In this document: one piece after another, positions 1 through 11,117 of the stretch
How positions within the stretch are numbered: the stretch's first letter is position 1
How the letters are laid out: every line of letters begins with the position of its first letter
Assembly: GCA_003229115.1 (NCBI GenBank)
Contig: QIHT01000215.1
Span: forward strand, 1-41,431
Length of the DNA: 41,431 nucleotides
Direction of reading: 5' to 3'
Source: Gammaproteobacteria bacterium
Lineage (GTDB): Bacteria > Pseudomonadota > Gammaproteobacteria > SZUA-229
Made by a program: the position numbers and the translations under genes
The notes under the pieces: model-generated
What the model saw: only the letters and a program-made list of their open reading frames with translations
Told to the model about the DNA's origin: nothing
The model's database searches: none

Positions 1-983
1 TCCAGGTGGTTACCGAGGAAATCGTCCTGAAACTGGGCGCAACGGTTTGCAAAGAGTTGAATGTTGATAGTGTTTGCCTGTCGGGTGGTGTGGCGCTGAA
101 TTGTGTTGCCAATGGTCGCCTGCTCAGAGAAGGCCCGTTCAAACATGTCTGGATTCAGCCCGCAGCGGGTGATGCCGGTGGTGCGCTGGGCGCTGCATTA
201 TCTGTCTGGTACGAGCGCGAAGGTAAACCACGCAGTGTGGATCCATCCGTGATGGACGCCATGCAGGGGTCCTACCTGGGGCCGGGTTATGGCGATGCCG
301 AAATTAAACAACAGCTGGATAAAATAGGCGGTAAGTACCAGTGCTTCGAAAAAAATGAGTTAATGCCAAAACTCGCCGGCATCGGCTGGTTTCAGGGACG
401 CATGGAGTTCGGCCCTCGTGCACTGGGTGGGCGTTCCATCATCGGCGATCCGCGCAGCTCAAAAATGCAGTCAGTGATGAACCTGAAGATCAAGTACCGC
501 GAGTCATTCCGTCCGTTTGCGCCCTCGATACTCGCGGACAAGGTTTCCGACTGGTTTGTGCAGGACTCGCCCAGTCCATACATGTTACTGGTTGCACCCG
601 TTGCCGAGTCCAGACGTATTCCGATGTCTGAAGAACAGCAGGCTTTGTTTGGTATTGAAAAACTGAACATTCCACGATCAACACTACCGGCGATTACCCA
701 TGTCGATTATTCGGCGCGCATCCAGACCGTGCATGAAGAAACCAATCCCCAGTATCATGCTTTGTTAACCGCCTTCGATGAGCTGACTGAGTGCCCGGTA
801 TTGGTGAACACCTCGTTCAATGTTCGGGGTGAACCCATTGTCTGTACACCGGAAGATGCTTATCGATGCTTTATGCGCACCGAGATGGATTACCTGGTGG
901 TGGAGAATTTTCTGCTCAGTAAAACCGAGCAACCCGAGTGGAAAAAAGATGATAGCTGGAAGGACGAGTTTGAGCTCGATTAG
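1..983 (+). CDS. carbamoyltransferase (NodU/CmcH/SxtI type), C-terminal part; the 5' end lies outside the window
   Basis: The frame is open from the window edge (in frame from nt 3; the GTG at 6 is only an ORF-caller start) to TAG at 981-983. Motifs: GWFQGRMEFGPRALGGRSIIGDPRS, FRPFAPS and VLVNTSFNVRGEPIVCTPEDAYRCF, typical of the carbamoyltransferase C-terminal domain. Confidence 0.9.
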   Translation, partial: QVVTEEIVLKLGATVCKELNVDSVCLSGGVALNCVANGRLLREGPFKHVWIQPAAGDAGGALGAALSVWYEREGKPRSVDPSVMDAMQGSYLGPGYGDAEIKQQLDKIGGKYQCFEKNELMPKLAGIGWFQGRMEFGPRALGGRSIIGDPRSSKMQSVMNLKIKYRESFRPFAPSILADKVSDWFVQDSPSPYMLLVAPVAESRRIPMSEEQQALFGIEKLNIPRSTLPAITHVDYSARIQTVHEETNPQYHALLTAFDELTECPVLVNTSFNVRGEPIVCTPEDAYRCFMRTEMDYLVVENFLLSKTEQPEWKKDDSWKDEFELD

Positions 984-994
984 GAAAATAACCA

Positions 995-1402
995 ATGATG
1001 CATGATATCCCAGAACTCGATAAAAAAGGCCTGAGGCACTTTGGCCTGGTTACTGCAGCCATTGTGGTGGTATTGTTTGGCGGCTTATTGCCATGGTTGT
1101 TTGGTTTTAATTTTCCCAGGTGGCCGTGGATTTTTGCTGCTGTGCTGGGCTCGTGGGCGCTGATTGCGCCCAACAGTCTGAACCGCCCCTACAAGCTATG
1201 GATGCGGTTTGGCATGTTGCTCGGTGCGGTGATGAACCGCGTGATATTGTCCGTGGTGTTTTTTATCGTGGTTTTACCCACCGGAATATTGATGCGAATG
1301 TTTGGCAAAGATCCCATGGCGCGTAAGCTGGACAACAAACAGGAGAGCTATCGAGTAGAAAGTACACCGACGGCTCCAGATCGTATGGATCGTCCGTTTT
1401 AA
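995..1402 (+). CDS. SxtJ-family small polytopic membrane protein
   Basis: 135-aa ORF starting 11 nt after the carbamoyltransferase stop. It has about three hydrophobic helices (GLVTAAIVVVLFGGLLPWLF, WPWIFAAVLGSWALIAP, VILSVVFFIVVLPTGIL). Position and size match the SxtJ-type partner of carbamoyltransferases; the family is recalled from memory. Confidence 0.7.
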   Translation: MMHDIPELDKKGLRHFGLVTAAIVVVLFGGLLPWLFGFNFPRWPWIFAAVLGSWALIAPNSLNRPYKLWMRFGMLLGAVMNRVILSVVFFIVVLPTGILMRMFGKDPMARKLDNKQESYRVESTPTAPDRMDRPF

Positions 1403-1419
1403 TTTTCAGGAAAATAACC

Positions 1420-1572
1420 ATGTTAGATTTAATAAAAGATTTATGGGACTTCATGAGAGAGCGCAAGAAGTTCTGGCTGGCTCCCATTATTATTGTGATG
1501 CTGTTATTGGGCGCGTTACTGGTATTGTCGCAGGGATCAGCCGTAGCTCCCTTTATCTACACGCTGTTTTAA
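1420..1572 (+). CDS. DUF5989/SxtK-like 50-aa single-TM peptide, absent from the supplied ORF track (below its size cutoff)
   Basis: ATG at 1420, 17 nt after the previous stop, to TAA at 1570-1572. My translation is MLDLIKDLWDFMRERKKFWLAPIIIVMLLLGALLVLSQGSAVAPFIYTLF: a basic cluster followed by one TM helix, same strand and tightly spaced with the two upstream genes. Confidence 0.7.
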   Translation: MLDLIKDLWDFMRERKKFWLAPIIIVMLLLGALLVLSQGSAVAPFIYTLF

Positions 1573-1582
1573 GCGGCAGGTA

Positions 1583-2152
1583 TCAAGTTAAAACAACGCG
1601 TTTATAAACAAGAGCATATAAATCCTGGTATTGTTTCGCCAGTTGATTTAGCCATTGCCTGCGTTTCTCGCTGGGCTCCTTATCAGCAAGTTCCGTAGCG
1701 AGATGACTGATGACTCGTAGTATCTGCGTCTGGCTGATGAGCAGGTTTTTTTCGAAGTTATCATTGTCGAAAAGAAACTCTTTAGCCGTTGTCATGCGTA
1801 AAGCGTCAAGTGTTGCCTTACCGATAAATTCATCGGAAAAATCCACGAATTGCACCGCCGGTTTTAGTGGCGCTAATGTTTCGAGCTCTGCCAGAGCTGT
1901 GGTGGATGTGTCAGCAATGTTATCGATGAGTTTTGTGGAAGATTCGCTGATACCGCCAAATCTTATAACAGCCTTGATGCGCCGAATCGTTGTCAAATGT
2001 TGTTCATCCTCAAGAAAAAGCCTGAGTACTGAATAACCGGAATTCAGTTCATTTTTAACCAGCCCGGATTTCGGCACAACCGCGTAACTACTGGAAACAA
2101 CCAGGCTACACAGCAGGCCAAGCGCGAAGATAAGTTTCAGGAGTCTAGTCAT
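1583..2152 (-). CDS. hypothetical secreted/periplasmic helical protein
   Basis: The ORF is 1583-2245. An internal ATG at 2152 gives MTRLLKLIFALGLLCSLVVSSSYA, a typical Sec signal peptide, so the upstream 31 codons are probably not translated. No recognisable catalytic motif. Confidence 0.6.
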   Translation of the reverse strand: MTRLLKLIFALGLLCSLVVSSSYAVVPKSGLVKNELNSGYSVLRLFLEDEQHLTTIRRIKAVIRFGGISESSTKLIDNIADTSTTALAELETLAPLKPAVQFVDFSDEFIGKATLDALRMTTAKEFLFDNDNFEKNLLISQTQILRVISHLATELADKEPSEKRRQWLNQLAKQYQDLYALVYKRVVLT

Positions 2153-2334
2153 AATAAAGTGAGAGCAAAATAAGGACCGTAGGTTCGCCCAATAGTTTGT
2201 ACATAAGCGTATTCTAATATAAATGTCACAAAACCGACAGTCCATGCAAAAGGTATTGATGTAAATAGTCGTGTGTGCAGAATGGTTACTTTGGGATGTC
2301 GTTTAACTGTCTGATTTGAATTATAATTCGCCGC

Positions 2335-4233
2335 ATGTTTTATACAGATTCATTTGATGTGATAGTCGTCGGCGGCGGCCACGCAGGTACCGAGGCGGCA
2401 CTGGCGGCGGCGCGTAGCGGGGTAAAAACCCTGTTGCTGACGCACAACATAGAAACCCTCGGACAAATGAGCTGTAACCCGGCTATTGGTGGCATTGGCA
2501 AGGGCCACCTGGTGAAAGAAATCGATGCCATGGGCGGCATCATGGCAAAAGCCGCAGATCGTGGCGGTATACAGTTTCGTATTCTCAACAGCCGTAAAGG
2601 CCCGGCGGTGCGTGCCACGCGCGCGCAGGCAGATCGCGTGCTGTATAAGGCCGCCATTCGCGAGGCGCTGGAGAACCAGCCTAAGCTGTCAATTTTTCAG
2701 CAGGCGGTGGATGATCTCATCGTAACCAGTGATGGGCAGGGGGAGAAAGTCACCGGTGTCATTACCCAGATGGGTCTTAAGTTCAGCGCTAAAGCCGTGG
2801 TACTCACGGTTGGTACCTTTCTTGGTGGCAAAATTCATATCGGAGACAGCAACTATTCCGGGGGTCGAGCGGGTGATCCGCCTTCCATTGCACTGGCGGA
2901 GCGGTTACGCGATCTGCCCTTTCGTGTAGATCGCTTGAAAACGGGAACACCACCGCGTATTGATAACCGCACCATCAATTATGCGGAACTGCAGGCGCAG
3001 CCGGGCGATGATCCGGTACCGGTGTTTTCGTTTACAGGCTGTGCGGATGACCATCCTGAGCAGATTAGCTGCCACATTACCCACACCAATGAAAAAACCC
3101 ACGACATCATCAGAGCGGGTCTCGATCGTTCACCGATGTACAACGGCATCATCGAAGGCGTAGGTCCGCGTTACTGCCCGTCGATTGAAGACAAGGTGGT
3201 GCGCTTTGCCGATAAAAGTTCGCACCAGATTTTTATCGAGCCTGAAGGCCTGACCACCAACGAAGTGTATCCCAACGGCATTTCCACCAGCCTGCCGTTT
3301 GATATGCAGCTGCAACTGGTGCGCTCCATTAAGGGTTTTGAAAAGGCACACATCACACGCCCGGGATACGCGATTGAATATGATTACTTTGACCCGCGCG
3401 ATTTGAAAGCCTCGCTGGAAACCAAATTTATTAATGGCCTGTTTTTTGCGGGCCAGATTAACGGCACCACCGGTTATGAAGAAGCCGCCGCCCAGGGTCT
3501 GTTGGCGGCGATCAATGCCGGCCGGCTGGTGCAGGAAAAGCAGGCCTGGTCACCGCGACGAGATCAGGCGTATACGGGCGTGTTGGTTGATGACCTGATA
3601 ACCCGTGGCACACAGGAACCCTATCGCATGTTTACCAGTCGCGCGGAATATCGTTTGATACTGCGCGAAGACAATGCTGATTTACGTTTAACGCCGGTTG
3701 CCCGTGAAATGGGCTTGATAAGCGATGAACACTGGCAGGTGTTTGAAGTCAAAAAGGAAGCCATAGAAAACGAGCAGCAACGCTTGCGCACCCTGACCAT
3801 TCAACCGTCCTCGAAAGCGGGCATTGCATTGGCGAAATTCACAGGCAAGCCTTTCAGTCGCGATTATAAAGCCGCAGATTTACTGAGACGCCCCGAAATT
3901 GACTACGCCAGCCTGACCGCCGTTATCGGTGAGGCGGGACTGGATGCGACGATTGCCGGGAAAGTTTGCGAGCAGGTGGAAATCCAGGCCAAATATTCGG
4001 GTTACCTTGATCGCCAGCAGTCTGAAATCGAGAAAACCCGAAAACATCAGCAAACCACCATACCTAATGTTATAGATTATGCAAAAGTTCGCGGCTTATC
4101 GTCGGAGGTTTGCCAGAAACTCAGCGATCATCGTCCGCAAACCATCGGCCAGGCAGGACGCATTCCGGGAATGACACCGGCAGCTATTTCCCTGTTGATG
4201 GTTCACCTGAAAAAAGCCAAAGTCCAGCAATAA
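2335..4233 (+). CDS. mnmG: tRNA uridine 5-carboxymethylaminomethyl modification enzyme MnmG (GidA)
   Basis: 632 aa. The N-terminus [27 protein letters not shown] (FAD fold) and [21 protein letters not shown] closely match E. coli MnmG. It is followed by rsmG, the classic gidAB arrangement. Confidence 0.98.
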   Translation: MFYTDSFDVIVVGGGHAGTEAALAAARSGVKTLLLTHNIETLGQMSCNPAIGGIGKGHLVKEIDAMGGIMAKAADRGGIQFRILNSRKGPAVRATRAQADRVLYKAAIREALENQPKLSIFQQAVDDLIVTSDGQGEKVTGVITQMGLKFSAKAVVLTVGTFLGGKIHIGDSNYSGGRAGDPPSIALAERLRDLPFRVDRLKTGTPPRIDNRTINYAELQAQPGDDPVPVFSFTGCADDHPEQISCHITHTNEKTHDIIRAGLDRSPMYNGIIEGVGPRYCPSIEDKVVRFADKSSHQIFIEPEGLTTNEVYPNGISTSLPFDMQLQLVRSIKGFEKAHITRPGYAIEYDYFDPRDLKASLETKFINGLFFAGQINGTTGYEEAAAQGLLAAINAGRLVQEKQAWSPRRDQAYTGVLVDDLITRGTQEPYRMFTSRAEYRLILREDNADLRLTPVAREMGLISDEHWQVFEVKKEAIENEQQRLRTLTIQPSSKAGIALAKFTGKPFSRDYKAADLLRRPEIDYASLTAVIGEAGLDATIAGKVCEQVEIQAKYSGYLDRQQSEIEKTRKHQQTTIPNVIDYAKVRGLSSEVCQKLSDHRPQTIGQAGRIPGMTPAAISLLMVHLKKAKVQQ

Positions 4234-4236
4234 ATA

Positions 4237-4872
4237 GTGACCGTAGCGCTTCAGTCACAACTCGAAGCCGGCCTTGAAATCATGGGCCTGAGCGTACCGC
4301 CTACCGTGGCGCCACAATTGATGGATTATTTGAGCCTGCTGGTGCACTGGAACAAGGCGTTTAACCTGACGGCAGTGCGTGAGCCCGGCGACATGGTGAG
4401 CAAACACCTGCTCGATAGCCTTGCTGTTCTGCCTTTTATCGGCAAGGGACACGTCGCTGACGTGGGTAGTGGTGCCGGCCTGCCTGGCATTCCATTAGCG
4501 CTTTCGCGCCCTGATACGCATTTCACGTTGATTGATAGCAATGGTAAAAAAACCCGTTTTCTCAATCAGGCGAAAATGGTTTTGAAACTGGATAACATGG
4601 ATGTCATTCATCATCGGGTTGAAGACTACTCACCCATGAGCGATGGCATTGCGATATACTTTGACACAATCATTGCACGCGCTTATGCCAACACCCAGGA
4701 TATATTAAAATCCACGGCACATTTGCAGCAAACAGGCACACGAATTTTAGTCATGCAGGGCAAGCTTGATGAAACGCTGGAGCTAGCTGGCTACACCTTA
4801 AAACACTCGCACGTATTAAATGTGCATGGCCTGAACGCCGAAAGACACTTACTGGAAATAATCAAAACATGA
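4237..4872 (+). CDS. rsmG: 16S rRNA (guanine527-N7)-methyltransferase RsmG (GidB)
   Basis: 211 aa with a GTG start 3 nt after the mnmG stop. Motifs: WNKAFNLTAVREPGDMVSKHLLDSL and the SAM-binding DVGSGAGLPGIPLA. Confidence 0.95.
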   Translation: MTVALQSQLEAGLEIMGLSVPPTVAPQLMDYLSLLVHWNKAFNLTAVREPGDMVSKHLLDSLAVLPFIGKGHVADVGSGAGLPGIPLALSRPDTHFTLIDSNGKKTRFLNQAKMVLKLDNMDVIHHRVEDYSPMSDGIAIYFDTIIARAYANTQDILKSTAHLQQTGTRILVMQGKLDETLELAGYTLKHSHVLNVHGLNAERHLLEIIKT

Positions 4873-5672
4873 CGCAAGTTCTTGCTCTCGCAAATCAAAA
4901 AGGCGGTGTGGGTAAAACCACCACCAGCGTCAACCTTGCTGCATCGTTGGCGGCGACCAAACGTAAGGTTTTATTGATTGATCTCGACCCACAGGGCAAT
5001 GCCACCATGGGCGTGGGCATTGATAAAAATGCACTGCAGGAAACCTTCTGTGATGTTTTGCTGTCGGGTCTTGAAGTACATCAATGTGTGCATACCCTGG
5101 AAAATATAGGCATTGATCTGTTGCCATCGAATGCAGACATGACGGCGGCGGAAGTCGAGCTGATGCGCAGCAAGGGTTCGGAAACCCGACTGAAAGAAGC
5201 CATCGCACCGATCAAGGATGAATACGAATTTGTTCTTATCGACTGCCCGCCGGCACTCAACATGCTGACGCTGAATGCGCTGGTGGCGTCCGATGGTGTG
5301 ATTATTCCCATGCAGTGTGAATATTATGCGCTGGAGGGATTAACCGCGTTAATGGAAACTATTAACCATGTCAGGTCTTCAGTTAATCCAAAACTGGAAA
5401 TCGAAGGTTTATTGCGCACCATGTTTGATCCAAGGAACACACTGTCCAACGATGTCTCCGCGCAGCTAATCGAACATTTTGGCGACAAGGTTTATCGCAC
5501 CATCGTACCGCGTAATGTGCGTCTGGCAGAAGCGCCCAGTCATGGCCTGCCCGCATTGTTATACGAAAAAACCTCGACTGGCGCCCTCGCCTACCTTGCG
5601 CTGGCCGGTGAAATGTTGCGTCGAAACTCGAGGAATTATGCAGCACATACACATACAGGCGCTACGGTATAG
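4869..5672 (+). CDS. parA: chromosome partitioning ATPase ParA/Soj
   Basis: The ATG overlaps the rsmG stop (ATGA). Deviant Walker A NQKGGVGKTTTSVNLA, plus DLDPQGNAT and VLIDCPP. Confidence 0.96.
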   Translation: MTQVLALANQKGGVGKTTTSVNLAASLAATKRKVLLIDLDPQGNATMGVGIDKNALQETFCDVLLSGLEVHQCVHTLENIGIDLLPSNADMTAAEVELMRSKGSETRLKEAIAPIKDEYEFVLIDCPPALNMLTLNALVASDGVIIPMQCEYYALEGLTALMETINHVRSSVNPKLEIEGLLRTMFDPRNTLSNDVSAQLIEHFGDKVYRTIVPRNVRLAEAPSHGLPALLYEKTSTGALAYLALAGEMLRRNSRNYAAHTHTGATV

Positions 5673-5702
5673 TGCACAAAAAATTAAGGGTCTAGTTAAA
5701 CC

Positions 5703-6566
5703 ATGGCAGCAAAGAAAAGAGGATTGGGGCGAGGATTAAATGCCCTGCTAGGCGGCAGTGACACTGTCGAAGTGATGATTCGCCCGCAGGGCGAGAATGA
5801 GTTACGCGAGATTGATGTTGATCTAATCCAGCGCGGACCGTGGCAGCCGAGAACCCATTTTGATGAAGAAAGCCTGCAGGAACTGGCCGACTCCATCGGT
5901 ACGCAGGGTGTGGTGCAGCCGATTGTGCTCAGATCCACTGTCGATGGTCATTACGAAATTGTTGCTGGCGAACGCCGCTGGCGCGCCGCTCAGCTGGCAG
6001 GTCTGCAGCAGATACCCGCCGTCATCAAGCGCTTTGATGACCAGACCGCGGCGGCGGTTTCTCTCATCGAAAACATTCAGCGAGAAAACCTCAACCCGCT
6101 GGAAGAATCCACCGCTTTGCAGCGTTTAATGAACGAATTCGATATGACCCACCAACAAATTGCTGATACCGTGGCGCGCTCAAGGGCGGCGGTCAGTAAC
6201 CTGTTGCGCTTACAGGATCTCAATGCTGATGTGAAGGAATTGCTGGGTACGCGCGTGATCGACATGGGCCATGCGCGGGCTTTACTGGGGGTGACCGGCA
6301 ACAGTCAGAGCACGCTTGCCAGGCTGGTTGCTAAAAAAGGCCTGTCGGTACGCGAAACTGAGCAACTGGTTCGCAAAACGCTGAATCCGCCCGTCAAACC
6401 CAAAAAAATCAAAAAAGACCCGGATATTAAAAAGCTGGAAAGTCGACTTTCAGAGCAACTGGGCGCCGCCGTGAGCATCAAGCAAAAAACCAAAAGCAAA
6501 GGCCAGCTGGAAATCACCTACAACAGCCTTGATGAACTGGAAGGCATACTCTCAAAAATTCAATAG
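5703..6566 (+). CDS. parB: chromosome partitioning protein ParB/Spo0J
   Basis: N-terminal KKRGLGRGLNALL, the ParB box IVAGERRWRAAQLAG, and an HTH region QQIADTVARSRAAVSNLLRL. Confidence 0.96.
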   Translation: MAAKKRGLGRGLNALLGGSDTVEVMIRPQGENELREIDVDLIQRGPWQPRTHFDEESLQELADSIGTQGVVQPIVLRSTVDGHYEIVAGERRWRAAQLAGLQQIPAVIKRFDDQTAAAVSLIENIQRENLNPLEESTALQRLMNEFDMTHQQIADTVARSRAAVSNLLRLQDLNADVKELLGTRVIDMGHARALLGVTGNSQSTLARLVAKKGLSVRETEQLVRKTLNPPVKPKKIKKDPDIKKLESRLSEQLGAAVSIKQKTKSKGQLEITYNSLDELEGILSKIQ

Positions 6567-6664
6567 AGCCATCAGTGGCATGACTTTCATCAGGCTAAAA
6601 TAGCCAAAATGTGATCTGCGCCCGCTTTTTGCCTATAGAATTTGCTTATACGTGCATACGCACC

Positions 6665-6693
6665 TTGACCCACAAGGGTTCAATCTTTATAAT
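6665..6693 (+). promoter_or_regulatory. near-consensus sigma-70 promoter of the atp operon
   Basis: TTGACC (6665-6670), a 17-nt spacer, then TATAAT (6688-6693), in the parB-atpI intergenic region. The predicted transcription start is near 6700. Confidence 0.6.
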
Positions 6694-6775
6694 CTGCGCG
6701 CGCTGACACTGCTACACAGTGCGGGCTGCGAGAACGTTTCTGGACAGCCTCGAGCATTTCAGGGGTCGGCACCGT

Positions 6776-7162
6776 TTGCTAAATGATTCAAGAAAACAGG
6801 CGTTTATAACCATAATTGCCCAGCTGGCGGTGACCTCAATTATCTTCATTTTGATGGTTTTTGTGGAATGGGTAGCGGCTTACTCTGCGCTAGCCGGCGG
6901 TTTAATCGCCACGCTAACGACGGCCTGGTTTGCACTAAAGGTGTTTGGCGCAAACAAAAGAAATGAACCAGTAGTTGTACTTAGGACACTCTACTGGGCA
7001 GAAATAAATAAGATTTTGTTAACGGGGGCCTTGTTCGTTGCAGCCTTTGTGCTGATTAAGCCCGTAAACGGAGCAGCCTTATTGGCTGTTTATTTTTTGG
7101 TATACATGACGCCGCTGGTTGTTGATTACTTCATACAACCAAAAAGAAGGCGTGAAAATTAA
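6776..7162 (+). CDS. atpI: F1Fo ATP synthase accessory protein AtpI
   Basis: Small hydrophobic ORF directly upstream of atpB. The ORF track starts at GTG 6719, only about 20 nt from the predicted transcription start and with no SD. An in-frame TTG at 6776 is preceded by AGGGG at 6761-6765 and gives a ~128-aa protein of typical AtpI size. The exact start is uncertain. Confidence 0.8.
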   Translation: MLNDSRKQAFITIIAQLAVTSIIFILMVFVEWVAAYSALAGGLIATLTTAWFALKVFGANKRNEPVVVLRTLYWAEINKILLTGALFVAAFVLIKPVNGAALLAVYFLVYMTPLVVDYFIQPKRRREN

Positions 7163-7170
7163 GAGAGTAG

Positions 7171-8070
<900 letters not shown>

Positions 8071-8090
8071 ATTTCTCGTCGCCACAAAAA

Positions 8091-8182
8091 ACGTGGCTCT
8101 GTCGAAATGACAGCGAGATTGTAACGTGGTTCTGTCGAAATGACAGCGAGATTGTAGAGAATAACCGAGCTGTCATCTCGAC
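8091..8182 (+). repeat. 33-bp tandem duplication plus an inverted partial copy in the atpB-atpE spacer
   Basis: Unit 1 (8091-8123, ACGTGGCTCTGTCGAAATGACAGCGAGATTGTA) and unit 2 (8124-8156) are identical at 32 of 33 positions. Each unit contains the hairpin CTGTC-GAAAT-GACAG. GCTGTCATCTCGAC at 8169-8182 is the reverse complement of GTCGAAATGACAGC (8134-8147) with one mismatch. Confidence 0.85.
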
Positions 8183-8258
8183 CACAGGGAGAGATCTGGT
8201 TTTAGGTTTTTGCTTACGATGTTAGGCAGAAAACGAATTTTTGAATTTTATTTTATAG

Positions 8259-8510
<252 letters not shown>

Positions 8511-8532
8511 ACAAACGAGACGGAACTAGCGT

Positions 8533-9006
8533 ATGAATATTAATTTAACGCTTATCGGGCAATCGATTACCTTCGCCGTGTTTGTATGGTTTTGCTACGC
8601 GTATGTGTGGCCGCCGTTAATCAACGCATTGACTGAGCGCAAGAAACAAATTGCCGATGGTCTGGCCGCTGCCGAGCGCGGACAACACGAACAGGAGCTG
8701 GCAGAGAAAAAAGCGACTGAGCGTTTGAAAGATGCAAAAGGCCAGGCTTCTGAAATTCTCGCGCAAGCGCAAAAACGTGCAACAGAAATTGTGGATGAAG
8801 CTAAAGACGATGCCAGAACTGAAGCCGAGCGGATTAAATCAGGTGCCGATGCAGAAATTGAACAGGAAGTGAATCGTGCACGCGAACATCTTCGCCAGGA
8901 AGTAGTGACACTTGCTATGGCCGGCGCAGAAAAAGTGCTGAAACGCGAAGTTGACGCTACGGCACATGCCAGCACCTTGAACGATTTAGCTGCGCAGCTT
9001 AAATAA
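8533..9006 (+). CDS. atpF: F1Fo ATP synthase subunit b
   Basis: 157 aa: an N-terminal TM segment ([17 protein letters not shown]) followed by a long charged, Ala/Glu/Lys-rich helix. Position in the operon fits. Confidence 0.95.
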   Translation: MNINLTLIGQSITFAVFVWFCYAYVWPPLINALTERKKQIADGLAAAERGQHEQELAEKKATERLKDAKGQASEILAQAQKRATEIVDEAKDDARTEAERIKSGADAEIEQEVNRAREHLRQEVVTLAMAGAEKVLKREVDATAHASTLNDLAAQLK

Positions 9007-9011
9007 TCACC

Positions 9012-9548
9012 ATGGCCGATTTCACAACGACAGCTCGCCCTTACGCACGCGCGGTTTACCAGCAAGCGATGGAAACGTCTTCTGTTGAAGACTGGGGAGG
9101 CGCACTCGAACTCATGGCGGCGGTAGCGATTGATGCTGCGATGGCTGATGTGCTGGATAACCCGCAGTTAGGTCGTGAGCAAAAAGGTGAGTTGTTGCTG
9201 AGTGTGATTGGCGACAAGCTCAATGCGCAGCAAGCAAACCTGATCAAATTAATGGCAGAAAACGGTCGCTTAAGAGCCTTACCCGAAGTACGGGATCAGT
9301 TTGAAGTTTATCGTTTAGAAGCTGAAGGTAAAATCGACGCCGAAGTGGTATCGGCTTTTCCATTATCTGATGAACAGCAACAAGCCATTGTCGCTACATT
9401 AAAAACAAAACTGGGTCGCGAAATAACGCTGACCACGAGTACTGACGAATCGCTAATTGGCGGTGTCGTTATTAAAGCCGGAGATACTATTATCGATGGC
9501 TCAATGAAGTCCCAGCTCGAATCGCTGGCACTCACATTGAGCCGTTAA
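9012..9548 (+). CDS. atpH: F1Fo ATP synthase subunit delta
   Basis: 178 aa. N-terminal [10 protein letters not shown] and C-terminal [17 protein letters not shown], typical of delta/OSCP. Operon position fits. Confidence 0.95.
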   Translation: MADFTTTARPYARAVYQQAMETSSVEDWGGALELMAAVAIDAAMADVLDNPQLGREQKGELLLSVIGDKLNAQQANLIKLMAENGRLRALPEVRDQFEVYRLEAEGKIDAEVVSAFPLSDEQQQAIVATLKTKLGREITLTTSTDESLIGGVVIKAGDTIIDGSMKSQLESLALTLSR

Positions 9549-9561
9549 TGAGGAAAATATA

Positions 9562-11103
9562 ATGCAGTTGAATCCATCTGAAATCAGTGAACTGATTAAA
9601 TCAAGAATCGAAAACTTCGACGCCACGGTTGAAGCTCGAACCGAAGGCACAGTGGTTAGTCTTAACGACGGCATCTTGCGCATACACGGTTTGGCCGATG
9701 CCATGCAGGGCGAGATGATCGAACTTCCCGGCGATACCTTCGCCATGGCGTTGAACCTTGAGCGCGACTCTGTTGGCGCCGTGGTACTTGGTTCTTGCGG
9801 CCATTTGTCTGAAGGCGATACCGCAAAATGTACCGGTCGTATTCTTGAAGTGCCTATCGGCGATGAAATGCTAGGTCGTGTGGTTGATGCACTGGGTCGT
9901 CCGATTGATGGCAAAGGCCCTATCGAAACAAAACTGACAGCGCCGATTGAAAAAATTGCACCGGGTGTCATTGAACGTAAATCAGTAGACCAGCCTGTGC
10001 AAACAGGCCTGAAGTCGATTGACTCCATGGTGCCGATTGGCCGTGGTCAGCGTGAATTGATTATTGGTGATCGCCAGACCGGTAAAACTGCGGTCGCGAT
10101 TGATGCCATCATCAACCAGACAACCACGGGTGTTAAATGTATTTATGTAGCGATTGGTCAAAAAGCATCAACCGTTGCCAACATCGTTCGTAAACTGGAA
10201 GAACATGGCGCGATGGAGCACACCATTATTGTTGCGGCTTCTGCTGCTGAATCGGCTGCGATGCAATACATTGCGCCTTATTCAGGTTGCAGCATGGGTG
10301 AGTACTTCCGTGACCGTGGTCAGGATGCGCTGATTGTTTATGATGATTTAACTAAACAGGCGTGGGCGTATCGTCAGGTTTCATTGTTACTGCGCCGTCC
10401 GCCAGGTCGTGAAGCTTACCCAGGTGACGTGTTCTATTTGCATTCACGTTTGCTGGAGCGCGCATCACGCGTTAACGCAGAATACGTTGAAGAATTTACA
10501 AAAGGCGAAGTCAAAGGCAAGACGGGCTCATTAACCGCTTTACCGATTATTGAAACACAGGACGGTGACGTTTCAGCTTTCGTACCGACTAACGTAATTT
10601 CAATTACGGATGGTCAAATTTTCCTTGAGTCTGATTTATTTAACGCGGGTATTCGTCCTGCGATTAACGCCGGTTTATCAGTATCACGCGTAGGTGGTGC
10701 AGCACAAACAACCATTATTAAGAAACTCGGTGGTGGTATTCGTTTAGCACTGGCGCAGTACCGTGAGCTTGCAGCATTTGCCCAGTTCGCCTCTGACCTT
10801 GATGATGCGACGCGCGCACAGTTAGGCCGTGGTGAACGTGTTACCGAGTTGATGAAACAGGCTCAGTACTCACCACTGTCGGTTGCAGAAATGGCGTTTT
10901 CTCTGTACATGGCAAACGAAGGTTATCTGGACGATGTTGATGTGAAAAAAGTGGTTGATTTTGAAACGGCTATGGTGGCGCACATCAAGAGCAATAATGC
11001 CGACCTGGTTGCGAAGATTAATGATACCGGTGACTACAACGATGACATTGCAGCTGAAATGAAATCAGCACTGGATGACTTTAAATCGAAGGGCGTTTAT
11101 TAA
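9562..11103 (+). CDS. atpA: F1Fo ATP synthase subunit alpha
   Basis: 513 aa. Walker [14 protein letters not shown], plus [45 protein letters not shown]. Confidence 0.99.
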   Translation: MQLNPSEISELIKSRIENFDATVEARTEGTVVSLNDGILRIHGLADAMQGEMIELPGDTFAMALNLERDSVGAVVLGSCGHLSEGDTAKCTGRILEVPIGDEMLGRVVDALGRPIDGKGPIETKLTAPIEKIAPGVIERKSVDQPVQTGLKSIDSMVPIGRGQRELIIGDRQTGKTAVAIDAIINQTTTGVKCIYVAIGQKASTVANIVRKLEEHGAMEHTIIVAASAAESAAMQYIAPYSGCSMGEYFRDRGQDALIVYDDLTKQAWAYRQVSLLLRRPPGREAYPGDVFYLHSRLLERASRVNAEYVEEFTKGEVKGKTGSLTALPIIETQDGDVSAFVPTNVISITDGQIFLESDLFNAGIRPAINAGLSVSRVGGAAQTTIIKKLGGGIRLALAQYRELAAFAQFASDLDDATRAQLGRGERVTELMKQAQYSPLSVAEMAFSLYMANEGYLDDVDVKKVVDFETAMVAHIKSNNADLVAKINDTGDYNDDIAAEMKSALDDFKSKGVY

Positions 11104-11117
11104 GACTAAAAGCATTG

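Noticed and set aside
2153-2334. Possible oriC next to gidA (mnmG), as in E. coli and Vibrio.
   Set aside because: Reading both strands of this 182-bp divergent spacer, I found no TTATCCACA/TGTGGATAA DnaA boxes, no GATC clustering and no AT-rich 13-mer array. The region is also too short for an origin, which is presumably elsewhere, for example near dnaA.
2322-2337. TATAAT at 2322-2327 only 8 nt upstream of the mnmG ATG, with no Shine-Dalgarno sequence: a possible leaderless mnmG mRNA.
   Set aside because: The corresponding -35 position (TCGTTT/GTCGTT) is poor and there is no extended -10 TG. A single hexamer match in AT-rich DNA is not enough evidence. It would need 5'-end mapping.
4869-6718. 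parS centromere site (TGTTNCACGTGNAACA) expected near parAB.
   Set aside because: I scanned for CACGTG-centred palindromes in and around parA/parB and throughout the window and found none. parS sites are probably outside this window.
8091-8156. Tandem direct repeats, and the 57-nt direct repeats at 27570/27746, as possible CRISPR arrays.
   Set aside because: There are only two copies in each case. The 33-mers are contiguous with no spacers, and the 57-mers belong to an inverted/direct REP mosaic. There are no cas genes.
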